Translations under genes and position numbers: made by a program
Notes under the pieces: generated by a model
Told to the model about the DNA's origin: nothing
Databases searched by the model: none
What the model saw: the letters and a program-made list of their open reading frames with translations, nothing else
From: an uncultured virus (IMG/VR IMGVR_UViG_3300032268_000759)
Taxonomy: Duplodnaviria > Heunggongvirae > Uroviricota > Caudoviricetes
DNA length: 64,000 nucleotides
Virus record (IMG/VR): IMGVR_UViG_3300032268_000759
Location: 90,841 to 154,840 of that record
Direction: 5' to 3' (one strand)
Shown: piece after piece, positions 47,850-57,952 of the stretch
How positions within the stretch are numbered: position 1 is the first letter of the stretch
Layout of the letters: each line of letters opens with the position of its first letter

Positions 47850-48794
47850 TTGACAAAAATACCTCAAATTGTAAAAACCATTCAACAGCATCCTATATTA
47901 GAAGTTGACTATAGATATCAAAAAAGTATATCTTATAGTCAATTCTCAATATATGAGACATGCCCACACCGATGGAAGTTACAATATAAAGATGGACATG
48001 ATGTTTCATCTTTTAGCATTCATACTTGTTTTGGAACAGCTGTACATGAAGCAATGCAGCATTATTTAACAATAATGTATAACACAAGTGGAGCTGAAGC
48101 TGATAGATTTGATATTGAAGAATATTTTAAAGAAAAATTTATTGAACAGTACCAAGAAGCCTATAAGAAAAATAATAAAACTCACTTTTCAACATCTGAG
48201 GAATTAAGAGAGTTCCATGATGATGGATTAAACATTCTTAACTGGTTTAAAAAATATAAATCAGATTACTTTAGTAAACGTGATTGGCATTTAATAGGAT
48301 GTGAGATCCCACTTATAATAACACCAGATCAACGTTATAAAAACGTTATATACAAGGGCTACTTGGATCTCGTATTATATCACGAACCAACTAATACTGT
48401 TAAAATAATCGACATTAAAACATCAACTCGTGGTTGGAGTGATAAGGAGAAAAAAGATGAACAAAAACAATATCAACTTATATTATATAAGGAACTATTA
48501 AGTAGAAAGTTTAATCTTGATCCAGATGATGTTGAAGTTGAATTTTTTATTGTAAAACGTAAGATATATGAAAACTCAGATTTTCCCCAAAAACGAGTAC
48601 AGTTATTTTCACCTCCATCAGGAAAAATAAAAACAAAACGAGCAATAACTAATTTAACATCATTTGTTGAGTCAGTGTTTGAAAATGATGGTACCATTAA
48701 AGAAAGAGAATATGTTACTAATCCTTCAAAATGGAATTGTTCATATTGTCCTTTTAAAAATAAAAAAGATCTTTGTGATAAAGGTATATCTTAG
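47850..48794 (+). CDS. PD-(D/E)XK nuclease (RecB/Cas4-like) with 4-Cys cluster
   Basis: ISYSQ...CP, GTAVH, GYLDLV, IIDIKT, QLILY, CSYCPF...C. Confidence 0.8.
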   Translation: MTKIPQIVKTIQQHPILEVDYRYQKSISYSQFSIYETCPHRWKLQYKDGHDVSSFSIHTCFGTAVHEAMQHYLTIMYNTSGAEADRFDIEEYFKEKFIEQYQEAYKKNNKTHFSTSEELREFHDDGLNILNWFKKYKSDYFSKRDWHLIGCEIPLIITPDQRYKNVIYKGYLDLVLYHEPTNTVKIIDIKTSTRGWSDKEKKDEQKQYQLILYKELLSRKFNLDPDDVEVEFFIVKRKIYENSDFPQKRVQLFSPPSGKIKTKRAITNLTSFVESVFENDGTIKEREYVTNPSKWNCSYCPFKNKKDLCDKGIS

Positions 48795-48833
48795 GCATTC
48801 TTATATATATGTATATACGATAATAAGTTATAT

Positions 48834-49022
48834 ATGAAATCAAAAGAACAAATACTAACATCAGTAAAAGTACAAACTGAACTATTTGAAGAGTTCAAAT
48901 TGGAATGTGTTAAGCGAAAATTCTCACTTCAAAAATTAACAGATCGAGCCATCGATTTATATTTACATGATGAAACATTTAGGAAAATGATTCATAACCA
49001 TCAAATAGAAGAAAAAAAATAA
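48834..49022 (+). CDS. small ribbon-helix-helix-like DNA-binding protein
   Basis: LTSVKV strand then two helices (LFEEFK..C, SLQKL.DRAI.LY). Confidence 0.5.
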   Translation: MKSKEQILTSVKVQTELFEEFKLECVKRKFSLQKLTDRAIDLYLHDETFRKMIHNHQIEEKK

Positions 49023-49027
49023 GTTTT

Positions 49028-50473
49028 ATGAAAGAAAAATTAGGTTACATTCCTCAAAAAGACAGAAAAAAAATACTCTTAATATGTGATGATATTAGAG
49101 TCCATTCTGGAGTTGCAACAGTAGCAAGAGAATTAGTTGTACACACCGCACATCATTTTAATTGGGTTAATGTTGGTGGAGCAATCCAACATCCAGAAGC
49201 AGGTAAACGATTAGATTTATCTCAAGATACCAATATACATGCTGGTATAGATGATTCATCAATAACAATATATCCAACAAATGGATATGGTGATACAACA
49301 TTTATTCGCCAGTTATTAGATTTAGAAAAACCAGATGCTATTTTCTTAATTACAGATCCAAGATATTTTGCTTGGTTATTTAATATTGAAAATGAAATAA
49401 GAAAACACACTCCAATTGCTTATTTAAACATTTGGGATGATTTACCTGCTCCACATTATAATAAACCATATTATGAAGCATGTGATGCTTTATTAGGTAT
49501 TTCAAAACAAACAGTTAATATCAATAAATTAGTTTTAGGTGATAAAGCTAAAAATAAGATTATTAAATATGTACCTCATGGTTTGAATGAAAATATATTT
49601 AAACCATTAACTGAAGGAGATATAGATTGGAAAGAATTTACAACATTTAGAAAAAATTTCTTTAAAGGTAAAGAATTTAATTTTGTTGTATTCTTTAATT
49701 CTAGAAACATTAGACGTAAACAAATTCCTGATACTATGATGGCATTTAAACTATTTTTAGATGGTTTAACACCAGAACAAGCTAAAAAATGTGCTTTAGT
49801 ATTGCATACAGAAACTATTAGTGAACATGGAACTGATTTGTTAGCAGTTAAAGAATTACTTTTTGATGGATTTGAAGATAATATTATTTTCTCAACTGAT
49901 AAGAAAGATCCTAAACATATGAATTTTTTATATAATTTGGCAGATGCTCAAATTTTACTAACTTCAAATGAAGGATGGGGATTAGCATTAACTGAAGCAT
50001 TATTAGCAGGTAGACCAATTATAGCTAATGTAACAGGTGGTATGCAAGATCAAATGCGTTTTGAAAATAATAAAGGTGAATGGGTTGACTTTGATGCAAA
50101 TGTTCCTTCAAATCATAGAGGTACATATAAAAAGCATGGTAAATGGGCATTCCCAGTATTTCCAAGTAATATTTCAATAATGGGTTCACCTCCAACACCA
50201 TATATTTTTGATGATAGATGCAGACCAGAAGATGCTACTGAATGTATAAAAGAAATATATGATATGTCTATTAGTGAAAGAACAGAAAGAGGATTAGCAG
50301 GTAGAGAATGGGCTATTAGTGATGAAGCAGGCTTAACAAGTGAAAAAATGGCTAATAGAGCTATTGAAGCAATGGATGAATTATTTGCTACTTGGAAGCC
50401 AAGAGAAACATTTGAGTTTATCAATACCAATGAAGTTAAAAAAAGAGTTTTAAACCATAAATTAATTTACTAA
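49028..50473 (+). CDS. GT-B glycosyltransferase (GT4-like)
   Basis: SGVA, VPHG, RNIRRK, LYNLAD, EGWGLALTEA, TGGMQD. Confidence 0.85.
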   Translation: MKEKLGYIPQKDRKKILLICDDIRVHSGVATVARELVVHTAHHFNWVNVGGAIQHPEAGKRLDLSQDTNIHAGIDDSSITIYPTNGYGDTTFIRQLLDLEKPDAIFLITDPRYFAWLFNIENEIRKHTPIAYLNIWDDLPAPHYNKPYYEACDALLGISKQTVNINKLVLGDKAKNKIIKYVPHGLNENIFKPLTEGDIDWKEFTTFRKNFFKGKEFNFVVFFNSRNIRRKQIPDTMMAFKLFLDGLTPEQAKKCALVLHTETISEHGTDLLAVKELLFDGFEDNIIFSTDKKDPKHMNFLYNLADAQILLTSNEGWGLALTEALLAGRPIIANVTGGMQDQMRFENNKGEWVDFDANVPSNHRGTYKKHGKWAFPVFPSNISIMGSPPTPYIFDDRCRPEDATECIKEIYDMSISERTERGLAGREWAISDEAGLTSEKMANRAIEAMDELFATWKPRETFEFINTNEVKKRVLNHKLIY

Positions 50474-50474
50474 A

Positions 50475-51785
50475 ATGAGTAAACCGTTATTTGTAATAAG
50501 TTCGCCTTTTGATACCTACTCAGGGTATGGAGCACGCAGTCGTGATTTAATAAAAGCTATTATTGAGACTGATAAATATGATGTTAAATTATTATCTCAA
50601 CGTTGGGGTGATTGTGCCTGGAAGTTTTGTAGTGATAATCAAGAGTGGAGTTTTCTATACAATTATGTATTAAATACTCCTCAACTACCTAGACAACCTG
50701 AAATTTGGGCTCAAATTACTGTACCAAATGAATTCCAAACTATAGGTAAGTATAATATTGGTATAACAGCTGGAATAGAAACAACTATATGTTCCCCAGA
50801 GTGGATAGAAGGTGTAAATAGAATGAATTTAACTCTAGTATCATCAAATCACTCTAAACAAGTATTTGAAAACAGTAAATTTCAAAAACAAAATAAGCAA
50901 ACCAATGCAATTGAAGGTACTGTTGAGTTAAACAAACCAATTGAAGTATTATTTGAAGGAGCTAATTTAGAAACATACTTACCTCAAGAACCAGCTATTA
51001 AAGGAGCTAGTGTGTTAAGTGATACTATAACAGATATTAAAGAAGATTTTGCATATCTGTTTTTAGGACATTGGATGCAAGGTGATTTGGGTGAAGATAG
51101 AAAAAATGTTGGACTATTAGTTAAAGCATTTTATGAAACATTTAAAAATAAAGCTAAAAAACCAGCGTTAATTTTAAAAACATCAAGTGCTGTTTCATCA
51201 TATACTGATAGAGAATTAATATTAAATAAAATTCAACAAATTAAAGAAACAGTAGATTCTAAAAACTTACCAAATATTTATTTATTACATGGTGAATTTA
51301 GTGATGTTGAAATAAATGAAATTTATAACCATCCAAAAGTAAAAGCAATGGTTAGTTTAACTAAAGGTGAAGGTTTTGGTCGTCCATTACTTGAATTTAG
51401 TTTAATTAAAAAACCAATTATAGTAACTAATTGGAGTGGACATATGGATTTCTTAAATCCTGAATTTGTAGCTAGTGTTAATGGTAATCTTAAAAATGTT
51501 CATCCAAGTGCTGCTAATCAATTTTTATTAGCTGAGTCACAATGGTTTGAACCAAACTCAGGAGAAATAGGTCATAATTTAAAAGATGTATTTGAAAATT
51601 ATAAAAACTATTTAGAAGGAGCAAAACGTCAAGCATTTAGAAGTAAAAATGAATTTAGTTATGATAAAATGAAAGAATCAGTAGATTCAATTTTAACTAA
51701 ATACATTCCTGAGTTTCCAAAATCAGTTGAACTAAAACTTCCACAATTAAAAAAATTAGAATTACCTAAACTTAAAAAAATATAA
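50475..51785 (+). CDS. GT-B glycosyltransferase (GT4-like)
   Basis: SGYG, EDRKN, GEGFGRPLLE, TNWSGHMDF. Confidence 0.8.
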   Translation: MSKPLFVISSPFDTYSGYGARSRDLIKAIIETDKYDVKLLSQRWGDCAWKFCSDNQEWSFLYNYVLNTPQLPRQPEIWAQITVPNEFQTIGKYNIGITAGIETTICSPEWIEGVNRMNLTLVSSNHSKQVFENSKFQKQNKQTNAIEGTVELNKPIEVLFEGANLETYLPQEPAIKGASVLSDTITDIKEDFAYLFLGHWMQGDLGEDRKNVGLLVKAFYETFKNKAKKPALILKTSSAVSSYTDRELILNKIQQIKETVDSKNLPNIYLLHGEFSDVEINEIYNHPKVKAMVSLTKGEGFGRPLLEFSLIKKPIIVTNWSGHMDFLNPEFVASVNGNLKNVHPSAANQFLLAESQWFEPNSGEIGHNLKDVFENYKNYLEGAKRQAFRSKNEFSYDKMKESVDSILTKYIPEFPKSVELKLPQLKKLELPKLKKI

Positions 51786-51789
51786 CTAA

Positions 51790-52236
51790 ATGGACGCTTT
51801 AGTAGAATGTACACGTTGTGAAGGAGATGCTTGCTACATGCAAGAAATATCTCCTGAAGTAAAAATATATCATTGTTATGGATGTGGTTTCACATCTAAC
51901 ACAGCAATGAAAGCTGAAAGTGAGTATTTAAAAGAACAATTAGAAATACTACCTGAACTATATAAGGCATTAATGGTTGAGGATGAAACAGGAAAAATCT
52001 GGATTCCATCAAGTATAAATGTACCTAGTGTAGGAATGGTATTTGCTAATGGTACAAGTACTCTTGATTGGAAATGGTCAGCTGTAAAAGCTACACCAGT
52101 ACTTGAAACTGAAAAAGAAAAGTATAAACTTAAAAATGGTAAACATGCTGAATTTAAAATGGATATGACTACCATAACTCATTTTGATGAGAAAGATTAT
52201 ATGGATGGTTTAGAGTACCTTGGCTTATTATTATAA
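51790..52236 (+). CDS. zinc-ribbon hypothetical protein
   Basis: CTRC and CYGCG pairs. Confidence 0.65.
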   Translation: MDALVECTRCEGDACYMQEISPEVKIYHCYGCGFTSNTAMKAESEYLKEQLEILPELYKALMVEDETGKIWIPSSINVPSVGMVFANGTSTLDWKWSAVKATPVLETEKEKYKLKNGKHAEFKMDMTTITHFDEKDYMDGLEYLGLLL

Positions 52237-52250
52237 GAATATTATATTAA
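52219..52250 (+). promoter_or_regulatory. Bacteroidetes-like promoter CTTG-N20-TATATTAA
   Basis: Fixed-spacing motif at the head of the sugar operon. Confidence 0.6.
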
Positions 52251-52254
52251 CAAT

Positions 52255-52398
52255 ATGACAACAAATGAGTTTTTAAAATGGTTACAAGGTTATTTAGATG
52301 GTATTGATGCAGCAGCTGGTTCAACAGCTAAAACAGAAACCATTAAAGAAAAACTAAAACAAATCTCTGAGTCTACTCAGAATGTAATAAAGGGTTAA
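52255..52398 (+). CDS. 47-aa small protein not in the ORF track
   Basis: MTTNEFLKWLQGYLDGIDAAAGSTAKTETIKEKLKQISESTQNVIKG*; directly after the promoter, stop 1 nt before the next ATG. Confidence 0.65.
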   Translation: MTTNEFLKWLQGYLDGIDAAAGSTAKTETIKEKLKQISESTQNVIKG

Positions 52399-52399
52399 T

Positions 52400-53032
52400 A
52401 TGAAAATAAGTTATGGTATCACAGTTTGTGATGAAAGTAAAGAATTATTTAATCTATTAAGTTATTTATATGATAAGATAGATGAAGGTGATGAAGTTAT
52501 TGTATTAAGAGATATGGGTAAAACTAATCATGATGTGACTAAAACTATAGTTCACTTTCATGAAAAGTTTAAATATCATCTTAAGTCTGCAGATGCTAAT
52601 TTGAATGGTGATTTTGCTACATTTAAAAATTACCTACCAACAATTGCTACAGGCGATTACTTATTCCAAATTGATGCAGATGAGATACCAAATGAATTTT
52701 TAATTGAAAACATTAAACCAATACTTAAAATTAACTCAGATATAGATTGCTTCTATATACCTCGAGTTAATAAAGTAGATGGTTTGACTCCACAACATAT
52801 AGAAAAATGGGGATGGAGAGTTGATGACCAAGAGCGCATCAACTTTCCTGATCCTCAGATGAGATTATTTAAATTAAATCAAGATATTAAGTGGAAAAAT
52901 AAAGTTCATGAAGTATTAGATGGTTATAAAACCATATCAACATTACCTTATGATACAGAGGATTTTTGTTTATATCATATCAAATCAATAACAAAACAAG
53001 AACAACAAAATAATTTTTATGAAACAATATGA
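52400..53032 (+). CDS. GT-A glycosyltransferase (GT2-like)
   Basis: ISYGITVCDE, FATFKN, FQIDADE, PD.Q.R, VHE. Confidence 0.85.
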   Translation: MKISYGITVCDESKELFNLLSYLYDKIDEGDEVIVLRDMGKTNHDVTKTIVHFHEKFKYHLKSADANLNGDFATFKNYLPTIATGDYLFQIDADEIPNEFLIENIKPILKINSDIDCFYIPRVNKVDGLTPQHIEKWGWRVDDQERINFPDPQMRLFKLNQDIKWKNKVHEVLDGYKTISTLPYDTEDFCLYHIKSITKQEQQNNFYETI

Positions 53033-53553
53033 TTAAGTTACATTTAGGTTGCGGAACAAAACATTTAGAAGGATATACTAATATTGATATAAGATATCTT
53101 CCTGGTGTTGATGAAGTAAATAATATTCGATTTTTAAGAAACTATAAAGAAAATTCAGTTGATGAAATTTATGCTTGTCATGTCTTAGAACATTTTGGAA
53201 GATGGGAGTATAAAGAAGTACTTAAGAGATGGTTTGAGATTTTAAAACCAGGAGGAAAATTACGTTTAGCTATACCTAATTTTTCATCTATATGTGCATA
53301 TTATAATAAAACAGGTAATCTAAATTCATTAATGGGGTTACTTTATGGAGGTCAAGATTATGATGAGAATTATCATTATGTTACTTTTGACTATCATACT
53401 TTATCTAATGATCTAAGACATATAGGATACACTTCAATTTCAGAATGGAACTCAGAAGATTACCCAGGAGATGATTTTAGTAAATCATATTTACCTCATA
53501 TGGATAAAGAAAATGGAATACTAATGAGTTTAAATATTTTAGCTATAAAATGA
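53029..53553 (+). CDS. SAM-dependent methyltransferase
   Basis: LHLGCG, NID, HVLEH, LKPGG. Confidence 0.85.
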   Translation: MIKLHLGCGTKHLEGYTNIDIRYLPGVDEVNNIRFLRNYKENSVDEIYACHVLEHFGRWEYKEVLKRWFEILKPGGKLRLAIPNFSSICAYYNKTGNLNSLMGLLYGGQDYDENYHYVTFDYHTLSNDLRHIGYTSISEWNSEDYPGDDFSKSYLPHMDKENGILMSLNILAIK

Positions 53554-54353
53554 AAGTAAAAGCAATTCATTTTGATATAGAACAATATTTACATTCTTGT
53601 AAAGATATTGATTTTTCATTATTCTTAGAAACTATTCCTGAAACTCAAGACGAATTATCTTCTATTAATATAATTTCTATTCATGAACCAAATGAATATT
53701 TTGGTAAACATGATTGGATTATTAAAAATAAACATTTATTTAATATTATATTAACTTGGAATGATAAGATATTAAATACATGTGAAAATGCTATTTATTT
53801 ACCATTTGGTCATACTTGGTTTAAACCTGATCAATATGAAAAAAATCATAAGAAAGAATTTAAGGTAGCTCATTTAAGAGGAAATTTACTTAAATCATAT
53901 GGGCATCAAATTCGTTGGGAAATTTTAGATAGAAAAGATGAAATTAAAATACCAACTAAGTTTTTTGATACCTATGGTGATAGACATAATATTGAAAAAG
54001 CTAGAATAGATAAAGAAGAAGTTTTTGGAGATTCAATGTTTGGAGTAGCTATAGAAAACTTTTCACATAGAGGATTTTTTACAGAAAAAATAATTGATTG
54101 TTTTTTACTTAAAACTATTCCTATATATTGGGGATGCTCTAATATAGGTGATTTTTTTAATGAGGAAGGTATAATAAAATTTGGAGACCCAGATGAATTT
54201 ATTTATATTAATAACAACTTAAATGAAAGTTATTATCATTCTAGAAAAGATATAATTGAAGAAAATTATCAAAAAGCACTTCAATATGTCAATTATGAAC
54301 AAAATATAGTAAATAAAATAACAGAAATATTTAAATTAAATAACATAATATGA
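53550..54353 (+). CDS. GT10 (alpha-1,3-fucosyltransferase-like) glycosyltransferase
   Basis: FGVAIEN..FFTEKIIDCF..TIPIYWG. Confidence 0.75.
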   Translation: MKVKAIHFDIEQYLHSCKDIDFSLFLETIPETQDELSSINIISIHEPNEYFGKHDWIIKNKHLFNIILTWNDKILNTCENAIYLPFGHTWFKPDQYEKNHKKEFKVAHLRGNLLKSYGHQIRWEILDRKDEIKIPTKFFDTYGDRHNIEKARIDKEEVFGDSMFGVAIENFSHRGFFTEKIIDCFLLKTIPIYWGCSNIGDFFNEEGIIKFGDPDEFIYINNNLNESYYHSRKDIIEENYQKALQYVNYEQNIVNKITEIFKLNNII

Positions 54354-55492
54354 AAAAAATATGGTATGCACCGTACAAATTTGAATCCTATGGAGAAGAA
54401 GAAATTAAAGCGGTGGAAAATTGTTTAAGACAAGGATGGTTAGGAGGAAATGGTCCTCGCACTACAGAATTTGAAGAGAAAATAGCAAAACATTTTGGAA
54501 AAAAATATGGAGTATTTGTAAATTCAGGTTCTTCAGCCTGTCTATTAGCACTAGCATGTCTACAACTACCAAAAGGAACTAAAATTCTTACTCCAGCATG
54601 TACATTTTCAACAACTCTAGCTCCTATTATTCAACTAGGATTGACTCCAGTATTTGTAGATGTTGATTTAAATACTTATGTTGTTAATGTAAAAGAAGTA
54701 TTAGCGGCTATTACAGATGATGTGAAGGTTCTTATGATTCCTAATTTAATAGGAAATAAACCAGATTGGAAAGCAATTAAAGATGGTTTAGCAGCTATAG
54801 GTAGAGAAGATATTATATTAATTGAAGATTCAGCAGATACAGTAACATATACTTCAGAAACAGATATTGCTACAACTAGTTTTTATGCTAGTCATGTTAT
54901 TACTGCTGGTGGTACTGGTGGTATGATAATGTTTAATGATAAATCTTTACTAGATAAAACATTACAGTTTAGAGATTGGGGAAGAATTGGTGGTGATTCT
55001 GAGGCTATGGAAGATCGTTTTAATTATAAAGTAGATGGTATTCCTTATGATTATAAATTTTTATATGGTGTTTTAGGTTATAATTTTAAATCATCTGAAA
55101 TGAATGCTGCGTTTGGATTAGTTCAATTAGAACGTTTTAAGATATTTGAAGGTATAAGAAGGGCTAATATTGAAAGATATATTGATAATCTTAAAGAAAT
55201 AGAAGATATTATAATACCTGATGATAGTATTAAACCAAATTGGTTAGCAATTCCTCTTCAAACAGAAAAACGTTTAGAATTATTAAATTTCTTAGAAGAT
55301 AATAATATCCAAACCAGAGTAACTTTTGCAGGTAATGTGACACGTCATCCTATTTATAGAGAATATTTACAAGAATTTAAAAATTCAGATACAATTATGA
55401 AAAATGGATTTTTATTAGGTGCTCATCATGGAATGACAATTGAAGATGTAGATTATGTGTGTGATAAAATTAAAGAATTTTTTAATAAATAA
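54350..55492 (+). CDS. DegT-fold PLP/PMP enzyme, His-type (RfbH/DdhC/ColD-like NDP-sugar 3-dehydratase)
   Basis: VNSGSSA, IEDSAD, SFYASHVIT with His where aminotransferases have Lys, RDWGR, GYNFK. Confidence 0.8.
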   Translation: MKKIWYAPYKFESYGEEEIKAVENCLRQGWLGGNGPRTTEFEEKIAKHFGKKYGVFVNSGSSACLLALACLQLPKGTKILTPACTFSTTLAPIIQLGLTPVFVDVDLNTYVVNVKEVLAAITDDVKVLMIPNLIGNKPDWKAIKDGLAAIGREDIILIEDSADTVTYTSETDIATTSFYASHVITAGGTGGMIMFNDKSLLDKTLQFRDWGRIGGDSEAMEDRFNYKVDGIPYDYKFLYGVLGYNFKSSEMNAAFGLVQLERFKIFEGIRRANIERYIDNLKEIEDIIIPDDSIKPNWLAIPLQTEKRLELLNFLEDNNIQTRVTFAGNVTRHPIYREYLQEFKNSDTIMKNGFLLGAHHGMTIEDVDYVCDKIKEFFNK

Positions 55493-55495
55493 AAT

Positions 55496-56293
55496 ATGAA
55501 TACAAGAGAATTTAAATGTGTTTCCATCCTTAATGATTTAGTTGAAAATCATGGATTAATAGGAATAAAAACTAGTTTTGAAGATGAAGGAGCTACTTTT
55601 AATGAAGTTCTTAGATTAAAAGAAATTTGTAATCAAGCAAAAACTAAATTAACTCTAAAAATTGGAGGCCCAGAAGCATCTAGAGATATTCAAGACTCAT
55701 CAATTATAGGAGTTAAAGGTTTAGTAGCGCCTATGGTTGAATCAGGATTTGGCTTAACTAAATTTATTAATTGTGCCCATACTAATTTATCCTTAGATAT
55801 AATTAAATCATTAGAATTAATTATTAATATTGAAACTATTCAATCTTATAAAAATATTGATGAAATATTGAATGTAAAAGAAAGTAAAGATTTATACGCT
55901 GTTACTGTGGGAAGAGTTGATTTTGTTTCTTCAATGGGTAAAGATCGAAAATATGTTAACTCTCCTGAAATGTTAAAAATAACAAAAGATATTTTTACAA
56001 AAGCAAAACATAAAGGATTAACTGTTAATTTAGGAGGAGCTATTACTACTGATTCTTATGAATTTTTAACAGAACTTTATAAAGATGGTCTTTTAGATAA
56101 ATTTGAAACACGATATGCTATTTATGATCCTTCTAAAGCATTAAAAAATCTAAATAAAGCTTTAGCAAAAGGACAAATGTTTGAATATGAATGGTTAATT
56201 AATAAAAAAGAAACATATCAACACCAAGCAGATAAAGAAAATAAACGTATTCAGATGATTCAAGATAGAATCAATCAACCTACAGATATATAA
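55496..56293 (+). CDS. HpcH/HpaI aldolase / citrate-lyase-family protein
   Basis: KIGGPEA, APMVES, INIET, VGRVDF. Confidence 0.75.
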   Translation: MNTREFKCVSILNDLVENHGLIGIKTSFEDEGATFNEVLRLKEICNQAKTKLTLKIGGPEASRDIQDSSIIGVKGLVAPMVESGFGLTKFINCAHTNLSLDIIKSLELIINIETIQSYKNIDEILNVKESKDLYAVTVGRVDFVSSMGKDRKYVNSPEMLKITKDIFTKAKHKGLTVNLGGAITTDSYEFLTELYKDGLLDKFETRYAIYDPSKALKNLNKALAKGQMFEYEWLINKKETYQHQADKENKRIQMIQDRINQPTDI

Positions 56294-56955
56294 TGATTAT
56301 ATTATTAACTGGGGGTTCAAGAGGGATTGGTAAAGGTATAAAAGAATTTTTTGAAAAACAAAGTCACACTGTACTTTCACCTTCAAAAAAAGAAATGGAC
56401 TTATCAAATTTAGAACATGTTAAGTCTTATTTAACAACAATAAAAAATGTAGACATCATTATAAACAACGCTGGAGTAAATTATTTAAATAATATAAAGG
56501 ATGAAACCACTGAAAGTTTAAATAAGACTTTAAATATTAATTATTTATCTCCTTTTATAATTTGTCAACATTTTTTACCTTTACTAAAAAACAAAAAATA
56601 CGGACGAATTATTAATATAGGAAGCATATGGATTGATTACGCTAAACCTCTTAGAGGAGGATATAGTGCTAGTAAAAATGCTCTCCATAGTTTAACTAAA
56701 ACTATAGTAAGTGAATACTCAGAACATAATATATTATGTAATACTATATCTCCAGGTTATATTTTAACAGACTTAACTCTTCAAAATAATACTAAAGAAG
56801 ATTTAGAAATTATAAAAAATCAAATCCCATTAAAAAGACTAGGTGACGTTAATGAAATAGCGAAATTAGTTTATTTTTTAACAATTGAAAACACTTATAT
56901 AAATGGACAAAATATTATCATTGATGGAGGATACTCTTGCACCTCTAAAAGTTAA
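56293..56955 (+). CDS. short-chain dehydrogenase/reductase
   Basis: TGGSRGIG, NNAG, YSASK, SPG, DGG. Confidence 0.9.
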   Translation: MIILLTGGSRGIGKGIKEFFEKQSHTVLSPSKKEMDLSNLEHVKSYLTTIKNVDIIINNAGVNYLNNIKDETTESLNKTLNINYLSPFIICQHFLPLLKNKKYGRIINIGSIWIDYAKPLRGGYSASKNALHSLTKTIVSEYSEHNILCNTISPGYILTDLTLQNNTKEDLEIIKNQIPLKRLGDVNEIAKLVYFLTIENTYINGQNIIIDGGYSCTSKS

Positions 56956-57952
56956 ATCTAATTTAAATGATTATAAAATAACTTTTCATGATACTGTAGA
57001 AGGATTATTAAATATTTTAGATAAACAAAGTTGGTTTATTATAGATAAAAATCTAAAACAATATTATGATTTTGATTTTTTACCTAATAAGATATTTTAT
57101 GAATGTAATGAAAATACAAAATCTTTTGATCATATTGAAATACTATTAAAAACTTTTACTCAAAATCAATTTAAATCTAACACAGAAGTTATTATTATTG
57201 GAGGAGGTACTTTACAAGATGTAGCTGGTTTTTGTTGTAGTATATATAGTAGAGGTATTAAATATAAATTTATACCTACTACACTGTTATCTCAGTGTGA
57301 TAGTTGTGTTGGAGGAAAAACATCTATAAATTTTAATTCTATAAAAAATATTTTAGGTACATTTTATCCTCCAACAGAAATTTTAATCTGTGATAAATTT
57401 TTACAAACTCTAAGTGAAAAAGATTTTAAAAGTGGTTTAGGAGAAGTATTTAAATTTAAGATATTGCAAAATAAATTAAATGAGGATATTTTTTCTAAAG
57501 ACAACTTAAATCAATTAATTAGAGAATGTTTAGAATATAAAATATCAATAATTGAAATTGATGAGTTTGATCAAGGTTTAAGAAAATTATTAAATTATGG
57601 ACATACATTTGGTCATGCTTTAGAAATTACATCTAACTATAAACTTCCTCATGGATCAGCTGTAATATTAGGTATTTTAATTGTAAATGATATACTTAAA
57701 GAATTAAATGTAGAAACAAATTTAGATTATAATGTTATTAATAAAATAGGTTTATCCTTAATTAAACATATTGATTTAGATAAAGAATGGTTTAATATCA
57801 AAGACATCATAAAAACAATTAAATTAGATAAGAAAAATACAGGTAAAATAAATTTGGTCTATCCAGATAAAAATTTTATATTTAAAATAATAACTTTAGA
57901 AGAAAATGAGACTATCAGATTATGTAATACAGTTTTTAAGAGATTCATATAA
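56903..57952 (+). CDS. 3-dehydroquinate synthase-like sugar-phosphate cyclase
   Basis: GGGTLQD, PTTLLSQCDSCVGGKT, KN..G, GE..K, LNYGHTFGHALE, HG.AV; start may be 56924. Confidence 0.85.
   Translation: MDKILSLMEDTLAPLKVKSNLNDYKITFHDTVEGLLNILDKQSWFIIDKNLKQYYDFDFLPNKIFYECNENTKSFDHIEILLKTFTQNQFKSNTEVIIIGGGTLQDVAGFCCSIYSRGIKYKFIPTTLLSQCDSCVGGKTSINFNSIKNILGTFYPPTEILICDKFLQTLSEKDFKSGLGEVFKFKILQNKLNEDIFSKDNLNQLIRECLEYKISIIEIDEFDQGLRKLLNYGHTFGHALEITSNYKLPHGSAVILGILIVNDILKELNVETNLDYNVINKIGLSLIKHIDLDKEWFNIKDIIKTIKLDKKNTGKINLVYPDKNFIFKIITLEENETIRLCNTVFKRFI

Noticed and set aside
47850-48794. Cas4 as evidence of a CRISPR system
   Set aside because: Stand-alone PD-(D/E)XK nucleases are common in phage replication modules; no array or other cas genes
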